DNA of 64,000 nucleotides from assembly GCA_964535935.1 (NCBI GenBank), contig CAZHWM010000020.1, forward strand, positions 1,210 to 65,209, given 5' to 3'. Shown piece after piece: positions 16,977-26,248 of this stretch. Source of the DNA: an uncultured Planctomycetales bacterium. GTDB taxonomy: Bacteria > Omnitrophota > Gorgyraeia > Zapsychrales > Zapsychraceae. A program made the position numbers and the translations under genes. Within the stretch, counting starts at the first letter, position 1. Every line of letters starts with the position of its first letter. Under the pieces are notes generated by a model. It did not search any database. It was not told the origin of the DNA and saw only the letters and a program-made list of their open reading frames with translations.

Positions 16977-19492
16977 TTGCCCCTCCTTTGATTTAGGCAT
17001 ATCTTATGTCTTGATATAAAATTACATACACCAGCAGTAATAACAATAATAGCAATAACTACAAATGTTATAGGCCTCCATCCTACAGCAGTATATCCAG
17101 CTAACACATACGCCACTGCAAAAGCTACGAATAATGAGGTTAACATACAATTACTACATCTACATACTATGGCCTCTTTTGTGTCATCCAAAATAACAGA
17201 TGGCTTTAATGATATAATAGCTGGCAAGATAAATAGTGTAGCAAGACTTGATACAGCCATAATAGAAAACATAAAGAATCCAACTGTCTTATATGGGACA
17301 AGCGGAGCAGCTAATAACGGCAGAAACCCTATGGCTACCACTAATGCATTGCGTATGATAGCTCTTCCCGGACCTGAAAACATTTCCTCAGCTGTAGCCT
17401 GCCAAGTTCCTTTTTCTCTATTAACTTCTATAGCCCGCTGGATAAAATGTATGGCAAAATCTATGGATAGGCCTAATGTAAGCGCAGATAATACAGCCAC
17501 CGGCATATCATAATCTTTGCCAAAAAATCCTAATAGGCTATATATAAAGATTATCGTTACAGTTAAAGGAATCATGGAAATCAACGCCCTTACAGGTGAC
17601 CTAAATAAAAATAACATCATAAATAATACAATTACAAAACTCCCTATAAAATTCTTTAGCATCCCTACTACCATATTATTCTGCCATATCACATTAATAT
17701 ATGTGAGCCCGGACCAATAATATGTGATAGGCATCGGAGGGGGATTATTTTTAATATAGTTGTCAACATATTTTACAACCTTATCCATATCTTTGTTATC
17801 ACCACTCTTTAATTGTAGCCATATGTTAAGTTTGGAATAATCAGGAGTCACCATATGCCATAGGTCATCTGGCTTATGTGAATTTTCAAAGGATATAAGA
17901 GATTGTGCTATGGCTGCTTTTGTCTTAGGAATAACATTGTTAATCTTATCTCCACCTAACAGTTCATAATAAATCTTTTTTACAATATCTACAAGGGATG
18001 TTGTCTTACCAACAAGACCGCTTTTCATCAAATGTTTCTGAAGTGCCTCTATATATTTAAGCATTTCTGGCCTCATAAAGGCTTCTGCTTTCTTATCCTT
18101 TGCTGTGATGATAAGATACGCCTCATACGTTCCTGCAAAATGTTTATTAAGTATCCTGTCTGCTATACGAATAGGATGTTTTTTAGTAAACCATCTTACA
18201 GGATTATCATTGACTTGAATACGTGTAATTCCATATATGGAGATAACCACAAGTATTACAGTTATTGTCAATACCGTCTTAAAATGCCGGGTTGAAACAC
18301 GTTTTATAACATTGAGTATCCTATTTAATATAACTGTCTCGAGGCTCTTCTCTGATGATGAGAAAGACTTGAATCTGTCAGGGTTAACCAACATAACATA
18401 AGCAGGAATAAATGATATAGTAAGCACCCAAGCAATAAGGACACCTATAGCGACAAAGATACCAAACACCTGCACAGGCGGTATAGGTGAAAAGGCTAAT
18501 GAGAAAAATCCTACTGCTGATGTAAGGGATGTAAAAAGCATTGGACTAAATAGTTCGTCAAGTACAAAGGTTATGGTCTTACTTCTATCTTTATAGATAT
18601 GATATTTATCAAAAAATTCACTTAGAATGTGAATAGAGTCCAATACCGCTATTGGCATCAAAAATATAGGTATCATAGAACTCATAATATGGACAGGGAA
18701 ACCAAATCCGATAAGCAGTCCCATAGTGATAATTACAGTGGCTATCGCAACCAACATTGGGGCTATTATTAAATTTAGAGACCTGAAAAAAAACCACATT
18801 AATAAAAATATAACAACCCCTGCTAAAGGAGCAGAGATAGCCATCTGTTTAAACATCTCTGCCCCAAATTGGTCGTTAGCTATTGGTAAACCAGTAAAAT
18901 AGTATTTATCATCCGATGGATATTTTTTTATTATCTTCTTAATCTTATTAGCAATTTCATAACTTAAATCCTTCGACTTTATAGGCACATAAATCGCCAT
19001 TGCCTTTCCATCTTCTGATACCATTGTTCCATAAAACATAGGATTATTTTCTGCTTCATCACGAATATGCAATGCCTCTTGTTGTGTCTTGGGAGGCCTT
19101 TCCATAAGCCAATTAAACCGCAATGTCCCTAACCCCGCCTGCTCTATATTATCTTTGGTAGAAGGGGCTATTATCTCATTTGAGATTACCCCATCTATCT
19201 TCTTTATCTCATCTGTAATATGATATATATTTGTTAGAGTTTTAACATTAAAAACGCCATTGGGGTTATTTTGGTTGACAATCCCTATTACTATTAGGTC
19301 ATAAATAGAAAACTCTTTCTTCATCTTGCGACTGTCAACCCTTACAGGAGCATTATAAGGCAGCATATTTTCAGGGTCTGTATCAACCTTAATCTTAGGT
19401 ATCTGAGAAAGAGCCAAGGTAACAAAAACAAATGTGGTTACCATTATTATTTTAGGCCGACTTATTGCATATTGAATAAATTTAGCAAACAT
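16973..19492 (-). CDS. RND-superfamily exporter, MMPL/COG1033 type
   Basis: About 840 aa with two blocks of about six TM helices separated by large soluble loops. The start is set at MFAKFIQYAISRPKI after a GAGGAG RBS. The track's longer N-terminus overlaps the upstream small ORF. Confidence 0.85.
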   Translation of the reverse strand: MFAKFIQYAISRPKIIMVTTFVFVTLALSQIPKIKVDTDPENMLPYNAPVRVDSRKMKKEFSIYDLIVIGIVNQNNPNGVFNVKTLTNIYHITDEIKKIDGVISNEIIAPSTKDNIEQAGLGTLRFNWLMERPPKTQQEALHIRDEAENNPMFYGTMVSEDGKAMAIYVPIKSKDLSYEIANKIKKIIKKYPSDDKYYFTGLPIANDQFGAEMFKQMAISAPLAGVVIFLLMWFFFRSLNLIIAPMLVAIATVIITMGLLIGFGFPVHIMSSMIPIFLMPIAVLDSIHILSEFFDKYHIYKDRSKTITFVLDELFSPMLFTSLTSAVGFFSLAFSPIPPVQVFGIFVAIGVLIAWVLTISFIPAYVMLVNPDRFKSFSSSEKSLETVILNRILNVIKRVSTRHFKTVLTITVILVVISIYGITRIQVNDNPVRWFTKKHPIRIADRILNKHFAGTYEAYLIITAKDKKAEAFMRPEMLKYIEALQKHLMKSGLVGKTTSLVDIVKKIYYELLGGDKINNVIPKTKAAIAQSLISFENSHKPDDLWHMVTPDYSKLNIWLQLKSGDNKDMDKVVKYVDNYIKNNPPPMPITYYWSGLTYINVIWQNNMVVGMLKNFIGSFVIVLFMMLFLFRSPVRALISMIPLTVTIIFIYSLLGFFGKDYDMPVAVLSALTLGLSIDFAIHFIQRAIEVNREKGTWQATAEEMFSGPGRAIIRNALVVAIGFLPLLAAPLVPYKTVGFFMFSIMAVSSLATLFILPAIISLKPSVILDDTKEAIVCRCSNCMLTSLFVAFAVAYVLAGYTAVGWRPITFVVIAIIVITAGVCNFISRHKICLNQRRGK

Positions 19493-19512
19493 AAATCTCC
19501 TCACAGTTTTTA

Positions 19513-19668
19513 TTACAAAACAGCAAACATAAAACCTAAAAATGCCCCATATATAGCACCTCTTAACGGGGTACTTGTCAGTGGACACAGACCACTTGAA
19601 CACTTACCATAATATCCCATAAGCCCTCCAATTATTGCACCTATGACTACAGAAATTAATATCTTCAT
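19513..19668 (-). CDS. small two-Cys membrane protein, DUF6132-like (51 aa, below ORF-track cutoff)
   Basis: An AGGGAG RBS precedes the start. The translation is MKILISVVIGAIIGGLMGYYGKCSSGLCPLTSTPLRGAIYGAFLGFMFAVL, with a C-x5-C motif between two glycine-rich helices. Confidence 0.6.
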   Translation of the reverse strand: MKILISVVIGAIIGGLMGYYGKCSSGLCPLTSTPLRGAIYGAFLGFMFAVL

Positions 19669-19756
19669 TACTCCCTCTTTTAACTATTCTTCACAAAAAA
19701 TGCCAAGACTCACAAACCGACAAGCTTGCCCCCTCACCGTTACCGTAAAAATAAAT

Positions 19757-21430
19757 TTATCCTTCCAACTTATCATAAGGCCACATAACCATACCACCAT
19801 CCATGACTTTCACATCTTTAAACCCAGCTGCCTGCAGCGTTAATGCAGCCTCATATCCTCTGAGCGATATCTTACAAAAAACTATAACTTCTTTCTCAGA
19901 TGGCAGTTCATTTATCCTATTACGTAATTCTCCCAGAGGAATTAAAAGGGTATCTTTTATATGAACTGTTTTATATTCTTCTTTTGTCCGTACATCCAAA
20001 AATATAAAGTCATCACCTCTATCTATTTTTTCTTTCACTTGCATAGGAGTAACAGATTTAAATATACCATCCAATTTATTTCTCGCTATATTAGCAGCAG
20101 TAATGATATTATCCATTGCAGGAGAATATGGTGGGGCATAAGAAAGGTCTGCATTAGCAATATCATCCACTGTCATTTTAGCAGTAATTGCCATAGCTGC
20201 TACATCCACCCTCTTATCCACAACACCTAACCCTACCGCTTGCATACCTAACAATCGCCTTGTTTTTTTATCAACAATCAACTTGATACTAATAGGTTTA
20301 GCTGATGGATAGAAATGGGCTTTATCTGGAGCAGGACTCAAGACTGTCTCCACATCAAATCCTTCATCTTTAGCCTGTTTCTCTCCTAATCCTGTTCTCC
20401 CAACATTAAGTTCAAAAACTTTACATATAGTAGAACCAATTACGCCAGGGAAAGAATCGCCTCTTCCGCAGATACTATTAGCAGCAACCCTTCCCTGCTT
20501 ATTAGCTGTGGAACCTAATGGGACAAAACATGGCTTAGCTGTTATAAGATTTACAGACTCAACACAATCGCCGGCAGCAAATATATCCTCATCACTGGTC
20601 TGCATCTTGGCATTAACCTTAATCCCACCTGTCTGACCTATCTCAAGACCTGCCTTTCTTGCCAACTCCACATTTGGCCTTACACCTACGGATACTATAA
20701 CAAAATCACATGGGATATCTCCCTTATCAGTAACTACTATCTCTGCCCTCCCCTCTCCTTTAATAGATAACAAAGAAGTAGAAGTTTTTACCTTAACACA
20801 CTTAGACTCTAAATGCTGAGTTACCTGATAAGCCATCTCCCAATCAAGCATAGGCAAAATCTGAGGTAATTTTTCTACAATAGTAACTCTACACCCCTTA
20901 CTGGCCAGTGCCTCTGTCATCTCAATCCCAATAAGCCCCCCTCCTATAATAACAACATCCTTTGCCTTCTGTTCTGAAAGAACACTCTTTATGGCCTCTG
21001 AATCTTCTATCTTTTGAAGAGTAAAAACATTCTTTAAATTCATACCTTCTAAAGGAGGGATGATAGGGTTAGCACCTGTTGCAAGTACTAATTTATCGTA
21101 TGATATCTTCTTTTCTTGCCCTGATTTAAGATCCTTTACCAGAACTTCCTTTGAAGCACGATCAATATTAACTGCCTCAGTACGATTTAGCACCTGGATA
21201 TTTTTTGCGTTTCTAAAAAATACCGGATCCCGGACTACACCTAAAGCAGTACTCATAAGTTCTTTCTGTTCCTTAACCACACCTGATACATAATAAGGAA
21301 GCCCACATCCTGCATATGATAAAAATTCTCCCTTCTCAATAAGGATTATCTCTGCATCTGGGCACAATCTATGTATACGTGACCCTACCTTAGGGCCTGC
21401 GGCCACGCCTCCAATAATAACTACCTTCAT
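19757..21430 (-). CDS. CoA-disulfide/persulfide reductase-type FAD oxidoreductase fused to a C-terminal rhodanese domain
   Basis: GGVAAG FAD motif, redox Cys in SYAGCGLPYY, second GGGLIG dinucleotide motif, and a C-terminal rhodanese with the active-site loop CKISLRG. Confidence 0.9.
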   Translation of the reverse strand: MKVVIIGGVAAGPKVGSRIHRLCPDAEIILIEKGEFLSYAGCGLPYYVSGVVKEQKELMSTALGVVRDPVFFRNAKNIQVLNRTEAVNIDRASKEVLVKDLKSGQEKKISYDKLVLATGANPIIPPLEGMNLKNVFTLQKIEDSEAIKSVLSEQKAKDVVIIGGGLIGIEMTEALASKGCRVTIVEKLPQILPMLDWEMAYQVTQHLESKCVKVKTSTSLLSIKGEGRAEIVVTDKGDIPCDFVIVSVGVRPNVELARKAGLEIGQTGGIKVNAKMQTSDEDIFAAGDCVESVNLITAKPCFVPLGSTANKQGRVAANSICGRGDSFPGVIGSTICKVFELNVGRTGLGEKQAKDEGFDVETVLSPAPDKAHFYPSAKPISIKLIVDKKTRRLLGMQAVGLGVVDKRVDVAAMAITAKMTVDDIANADLSYAPPYSPAMDNIITAANIARNKLDGIFKSVTPMQVKEKIDRGDDFIFLDVRTKEEYKTVHIKDTLLIPLGELRNRINELPSEKEVIVFCKISLRGYEAALTLQAAGFKDVKVMDGGMVMWPYDKLEG

Positions 21431-21485
21431 AATTTTCCTCCTCCTTTTTCACAATTAACCAAAATAACATTAGTTATACTTATCT

Positions 21486-21749
21486 CTATTGTTGTTTCAA
21501 AATAGAAATAATCTTTTTGGCCTTATCATTAACTACCCTATAACATGTCTTTACACCCTCCTTCTCAGGAACAATAATCCCATGAATACGTAGTATACTC
21601 AAATGTTGAGATACTGTTGACTGAGGAAGATTTAATTTGCTTACTATAGCATTTACATTACACCTGTCACGCATCAGTCCATCCACCATTTTTAATCTTA
21701 CAGGATGCCCCAAGGCCTTCAAAAAGTCGCTTTCCTTACTATAATCCAT
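21486..21749 (-). CDS. ArsR/SmtB-family transcriptional regulator
   Basis: 87 aa. FLKALGHPVRLKMVDGL...CNVNAIVSKLNLPQSTVSQHLSILR is a winged-HTH pattern. Confidence 0.85.
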   Translation of the reverse strand: MDYSKESDFLKALGHPVRLKMVDGLMRDRCNVNAIVSKLNLPQSTVSQHLSILRIHGIIVPEKEGVKTCYRVVNDKAKKIISILKQQ

Positions 21750-21840
21750 GTATCTCTCCTATTCTCTCTAAAAAAACTAAAAAATCTAAAAATACCTATT
21801 TAATCTAATTAAATTAAACTAAACTTAATAACACGCCCTA

Positions 21841-22200
21841 CTAAAACTGTCCTGTCCGCAACATAACTAAACTACAGGCATTTACACAACAAATCCCTTT
21901 TTCAACCGCCATCCTCTCCAAATAGGGATTCTCGGCCCCAGGATTAAAAATAATCCTCGAAGGCTGTTTTTGTATAATATCTAAAGCTATCTTAGTTGAT
22001 ACATCAGCACCTACATATAAAGTTACTGTATCTATCTGAGTATCTATATCTAATATAGAAGGATATACTTTTAATCCCTCTATATTTTTTACTCTTTTAT
22101 GTACAGGATATACCTCATGGCCTTTTTCCTTTAATAAGACAACAGCCTTGTAAGAATAACGATGTGGTTTATCAGACGCACCAATTACAGCTACTCTCAT
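21841..22200 (-). CDS. CoA-binding domain protein (YccU-like)
   Basis: 119 aa. MRVAVIGASDKPHRYSYKAV...GHEVYPVH... resembles the CoA_binding_2 pattern. Confidence 0.75.
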   Translation of the reverse strand: MRVAVIGASDKPHRYSYKAVVLLKEKGHEVYPVHKRVKNIEGLKVYPSILDIDTQIDTVTLYVGADVSTKIALDIIQKQPSRIIFNPGAENPYLERMAVEKGICCVNACSLVMLRTGQF

Positions 22201-22280
22201 TTACATTTTTACCTAGCTTTTTTAAATCTACTATAGTCTAAGGTAAAAAAATACTGTCTTAATGTAACTATAGTAAAGAC

Positions 22281-22820
22281 TTAAATATGTTTTTTAAATT
22301 CTTTAAATGTCTTATAAAAATATCCCTTATGCAATTCTATAATATTTACATCTTTCCAAAAAACAGGATGATGACTCGCTGCTATAATCTGGCAACCTTT
22401 ACGGACTATCTTATCTAATCCTTTCCTTATCCTCAACACCCACCATAAATCATGTCCTGTTTCAGGTTCATCCAGGAGCAAACAATCACCACTATGAAAA
22501 CTTAACGACGCTAAAACATCACGCATAGTCTCACCATGCGATGAAAACATAGCCCTTACTCTAATAATAGAAGGGGACATTTTCATTATATTATTATATG
22601 GTAAATGAGGATTCATTGTTTCACTATTAAAATAACTGTATTTTGTATCTTTATCTGCTGAAATATTACAATCACTGCAGGTATAAATAGCCTCTAAAAG
22701 AGAACTCTTACCCGAGCCATTAGGCCCTACTAAAACATTAATTGCTGAACTGAAACTAAATCTCACCCCCTCATTTATCCTGGCCCTGTGTTTGGGACAA
22801 ATCGTGATACTATAAATCAT
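22281..22820 (-). CDS. minimal ABC/SMC-type P-loop ATPase (179 aa)
   Basis: Walker A GPNGSGKS, signature-like SSHGE, Walker B LLLDEPETG and an ASHH H-loop-like motif. No transmembrane or substrate-binding partner is adjacent. Confidence 0.6.
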   Translation of the reverse strand: MIYSITICPKHRARINEGVRFSFSSAINVLVGPNGSGKSSLLEAIYTCSDCNISADKDTKYSYFNSETMNPHLPYNNIMKMSPSIIRVRAMFSSHGETMRDVLASLSFHSGDCLLLDEPETGHDLWWVLRIRKGLDKIVRKGCQIIAASHHPVFWKDVNIIELHKGYFYKTFKEFKKHI

Positions 22821-22852
22821 AAAAATAAACTTTAAAATAAATATCCAGAAAC

Positions 22853-23170
22853 TTATAATACGTTATTAATCCTGTTCTCTATTTCCTGCTGTGGAACTGC
22901 TCCTACTACTGTATCAATTACATCACCATTTTTAAAAATCGATATTGTAGGAATACTCATAATCCCATAACGTGAAGCTATACCCGGAGCCTCGTCAACA
23001 TTCAATTTGCCCACCTTGAGTTTACCTTGATATTTCTCTGCTATAGCCTCAATTACTGGTCCCATCATACGGCAAGGACCACACCACGGTGCCCAAAAAT
23101 CTACTAAAGCAGGTAAATCAGATTGGATGATTTCTTGGTCAAAATTTTGTTCTGTTAATGTGATTTCCAT
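22853..23170 (-). CDS. trxA: thioredoxin
   Basis: 105 aa with the WCGPC active site and a GGAGGGG RBS. Confidence 0.95.
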   Translation of the reverse strand: MEITLTEQNFDQEIIQSDLPALVDFWAPWCGPCRMMGPVIEAIAEKYQGKLKVGKLNVDEAPGIASRYGIMSIPTISIFKNGDVIDTVVGAVPQQEIENRINNVL

Positions 23171-23228
23171 AAACTTCCCCTCCTTAAAAAGTTATAAAAT
23201 AAGTTGCACAACTACGATTCATAATATC

Positions 23229-23256
23229 ATTATATCAATATAATTGGATAAATCAA
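23229..23256 (-). promoter_or_regulatory. candidate sigma70-type promoter of trxA
   Basis: The minus strand reads TTGATT, 16-nt spacer, TATAAT, about 59 nt upstream of the trxA ATG. Confidence 0.4.
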
Positions 23257-23303
23257 TAAAAATATAAAAAATTTATAAAAAACAATTACTATAAAATGCG
23301 ATA

Positions 23304-24980
23304 TCAGACTGCCGGTGCAAGTTTCTCTCTGCCCTTGGAATACTCGGAATCTAACTCATTTTGCCGTTCAAATAACTTTCTATTTATCGTCTTTAACAAA
23401 GGCTGATATTCCACAATACCTACTACCTTCTTAGAATCGTTATTTTCAACTACAGGTAAATAATCCACCTCTCTTTTATCAAAAATAGAAATCGCCTCTT
23501 TAAGAGGCTGATCTTGATATAAAACATTTTCTATTGGCTCTGCCACATCCCTTGCAAGAATAATTTGATTCAGCTGTTCCTCCATGAAAGTGTCCCTTAA
23601 GCTACCCAATGATATAACACCCACTAACTCGCCATATTTATTAACCACAGGAAAATGATAAGATTCTTTTTCCTTAATAGTTTGTATAATTTTATCCAAA
23701 GTAACATCTTGCCGGATAGCAGCAAAGTCCTTTTCCATCACATCTGATACCTTTAATGAATTAATGACATCTTCCTCTGTAATATTCCTCCATAATTCAT
23801 CTGCCTTGGTTGCCCCAAATTTTACAAGCAATGGACCTATCAATTGAACAATAAATGTAGTAGCAGCTACCACGCTTACTACTATATTTCCTGTAGTCAT
23901 ACCAGCGTCATTTATATAACTCAGATTATGCTTAATAGACATAGCAAGGCCCATAGCAACACCGCCTTGAGTCATAAGGCAAACTCCTGTATAACGCACA
24001 ACTGTCTTTTTTGCCTTAGATAAAATAGCACCTAACGTTGCTCCTATAATCTTTCCCAGACTACGCGCAATAAGGTATGCTATAACAATTAATGCCAAAG
24101 AAATTTTTAAAAAGATGTGTATATCCAATGACGCACCAACAACTACAAAAAATAAAATATATAAAGGAGTGGTCATCTCTTTGACTGATTTAAATAATTT
24201 CTCGCTTGTTTCAGGCATAATATTTACGACTACTGCACCTAATACCATACTTGATAAAATTAAATCAAGATGCAAATACATGGATATCCCGACAACTATA
24301 GTCGCAGCACCTATTGAAAGAGACATTGCTATCTCGTTCTCTTTAATTTTAGAAATAATCTTAACCAAGAAGAATCCAACTATGCCCCCTAACAAAACAC
24401 ATTGCATTATCTCAAGTATAGGATCACCTATAGAATGCCATAATGAAAAATGCTGCTTGGCTATTAACGCCTTAGAAAAAACGCTCACCAAGCCATATAT
24501 CACTAGTGCTAATCCATCGTCAAGAGCAACTATTGAGGTTAACGTGGTAGTTAATGGCCCTTTTGTTTTATATTCCCATAAAACATTAGTAGTGGATGCA
24601 GGATCAGTAGCAGAAGCTATTGCCCCCAAAAGTAATCCTAAATACAATTTACCTGTTACAATAGTAACTGCTATTGTAACCGCAATAAAAGCAACAACAC
24701 CTTCTCCTATTAAAATAGAATAAATAGATGCGCCATATCTTCCAAATACTTCACCCTTCAATTCTGCGCCTATCATAAAACCTATTATCCCAAGAATTAA
24801 ATTAATAAGGGGGGATAATGCCTGCACAGTAGTATCATCACATATATTAAAAACTGACTTTCCCAATAATACTCCTATTAAAATGTAGCCTACCACTTGT
24901 GGTATCTTAAGCCTTTGAAATATCCTCCCGCCAAAAGTTCCAAAAGATATAGCAATCCCAATTAACAAAACTATATTCAT
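23304..24980 (-). CDS. CPA2-type cation:proton antiporter with C-terminal CBS-domain pair
   Basis: About 390 aa of Kef/NapA-like TM domain (...GAELKGE..., ATDPAST). It is followed by a tandem CBS region (VSDVMEKDFAAIRQ ... HFPVVNKYGELVGVISL ... DYLPVVENNDSKKVVGIV). Confidence 0.85.
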   Translation of the reverse strand: MNIVLLIGIAISFGTFGGRIFQRLKIPQVVGYILIGVLLGKSVFNICDDTTVQALSPLINLILGIIGFMIGAELKGEVFGRYGASIYSILIGEGVVAFIAVTIAVTIVTGKLYLGLLLGAIASATDPASTTNVLWEYKTKGPLTTTLTSIVALDDGLALVIYGLVSVFSKALIAKQHFSLWHSIGDPILEIMQCVLLGGIVGFFLVKIISKIKENEIAMSLSIGAATIVVGISMYLHLDLILSSMVLGAVVVNIMPETSEKLFKSVKEMTTPLYILFFVVVGASLDIHIFLKISLALIVIAYLIARSLGKIIGATLGAILSKAKKTVVRYTGVCLMTQGGVAMGLAMSIKHNLSYINDAGMTTGNIVVSVVAATTFIVQLIGPLLVKFGATKADELWRNITEEDVINSLKVSDVMEKDFAAIRQDVTLDKIIQTIKEKESYHFPVVNKYGELVGVISLGSLRDTFMEEQLNQIILARDVAEPIENVLYQDQPLKEAISIFDKREVDYLPVVENNDSKKVVGIVEYQPLLKTINRKLFERQNELDSEYSKGREKLAPAV

Positions 24981-24991
24981 TTCAATCCCTC

Positions 24992-26209
24992 CTAATTTTT
25001 TGTGTCTTTTTCATTTTTAGATAATATATTATACACATATTTAGGCTCTACTTTAATTGCAAGATTCATATGAGGAAACATAGCCTTAAATTTTATACGA
25101 ATAGAACGAATAATGTCATAAACCTCAGCTTCATTTGCATCTGCTTCCAGAGCTATATCAAAAATTACATTACATTTATCTCTATTCTTTCCAACTATCC
25201 TTAATTCATGAAAAGAATTAACCCTTCTATCTTCAGAAATAATTTTTGTTACTGCATTAAAAATTTCTGCATATCTAGGATGATCTTTATTTATAGGATC
25301 AATATGCACAACTACCATACCATTCATCTCTTTACTTATATCTTCCTCTATCTCCTCTGAAACCTGATGCAACTTAGATAAATCTTCTTTATCTGAAACT
25401 TCTATATGAAGAGAAATAATATTCATCTGTCCATATCTATGAAAGATAATATCATGCACCCCTAACACCTCTTTATATCTTGAAGCAAGTTTCTCCACTT
25501 TTCTTATATCTTCCTTTGAAGGGGGTTCTCCTAACAAGGGGTCAATTGCATCCTTGCCTATTTTATATGCAGAATAAAAAATAATACCTGATACAATAAT
25601 TCCTGTAATACCATCAACACGAGATACCCCCAACCTTGCCGCTATCAATGCAATAACTACCAATAAAGTAGCAACTACGTCTGTCCGGTGATGTAAAGCA
25701 TCTGCCTTCAATGTAGTTGATTCTATCATCTCTCCCAACTCACAAGAAAACCTCGATATTACCTCCTTAACCAACGCAGTAAAAAAGATAAGAATAATCA
25801 CATATATAGATACTACTATTTGTTGCGGGTGAACTACAGAATATATAGAACGTTTCATCAATTCTGTCCCAGCAAAAAATAGTAACACAGACACTATAAG
25901 TGTGGCTATAGGCTCCATCCTCTCATGCCCAAATGGATGCTCCTTATCTGCTGGTTTCTTAGCAAATCTAAAACCTAATATCACAACTATAGAAGTTACA
26001 CAATCTGATAGTGTATGCACCGCATCCGCTATCAAGGAAATACTTCCAATTGATATTCCTATTACAATTTTTATAAAAAAAAGAAGTAAATTACCAATAA
26101 TACTTACCCATCCCTCAAGATAGCCATACCCTGCTCTAACCTTAACATCATATTTTCTTTTGTAGTTTTTTATGAATCGCTTAACTATCCAATGGGTTAA
26201 TCGTCTCAT
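24992..26209 (-). CDS. cation diffusion facilitator (CDF) transporter with duplicated cytoplasmic domain
   Basis: SLIADAVHTLSDC and DALHHRTDV metal-site motifs. It is 405 aa, with two consecutive ZT_dimer-like C-terminal modules. Confidence 0.85.
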   Translation of the reverse strand: MRRLTHWIVKRFIKNYKRKYDVKVRAGYGYLEGWVSIIGNLLLFFIKIVIGISIGSISLIADAVHTLSDCVTSIVVILGFRFAKKPADKEHPFGHERMEPIATLIVSVLLFFAGTELMKRSIYSVVHPQQIVVSIYVIILIFFTALVKEVISRFSCELGEMIESTTLKADALHHRTDVVATLLVVIALIAARLGVSRVDGITGIIVSGIIFYSAYKIGKDAIDPLLGEPPSKEDIRKVEKLASRYKEVLGVHDIIFHRYGQMNIISLHIEVSDKEDLSKLHQVSEEIEEDISKEMNGMVVVHIDPINKDHPRYAEIFNAVTKIISEDRRVNSFHELRIVGKNRDKCNVIFDIALEADANEAEVYDIIRSIRIKFKAMFPHMNLAIKVEPKYVYNILSKNEKDTKN

Positions 26210-26248
26210 TTTCTACTCTTATAAGCAACAATATATAATCATTCCGCT

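Noticed and set aside
19493-19603. 37-aa N-terminal extension of the RND gene in the ORF track, and similar extensions at 31949-32008 (ftsW), 16977-17000, 13973-13981, 13426-13434, 47044-47067, 61967-61987 and 62424-62444
   Set aside because: In each case a downstream ATG is preceded by a clear GGAGG-type RBS at proper spacing. The extension overlaps an RBS, a repeat or another ORF, and several start at GTG or TTG. Shorter starts were adopted.
21799-21813. TTTAAT-CTA-ATTAAA palindrome as an ArsR operator
   Set aside because: It consists almost entirely of A/T in an AT-rich spacer, so a chance occurrence is likely. It is not reported as a feature.
24115-24723. 202-aa plus-strand ORF
   Set aside because: It lies entirely antisense to the well-supported CPA2 antiporter gene. 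Its composition is low-complexity and T/I/N/S-rich, and it has no RBS. It is a typical shadow ORF. The same applies to the other plus-strand track ORFs nested in minus-strand genes, such as 1964-2197, 17169-17513, 35034-35390, 42354-42731 and 60502-60867.
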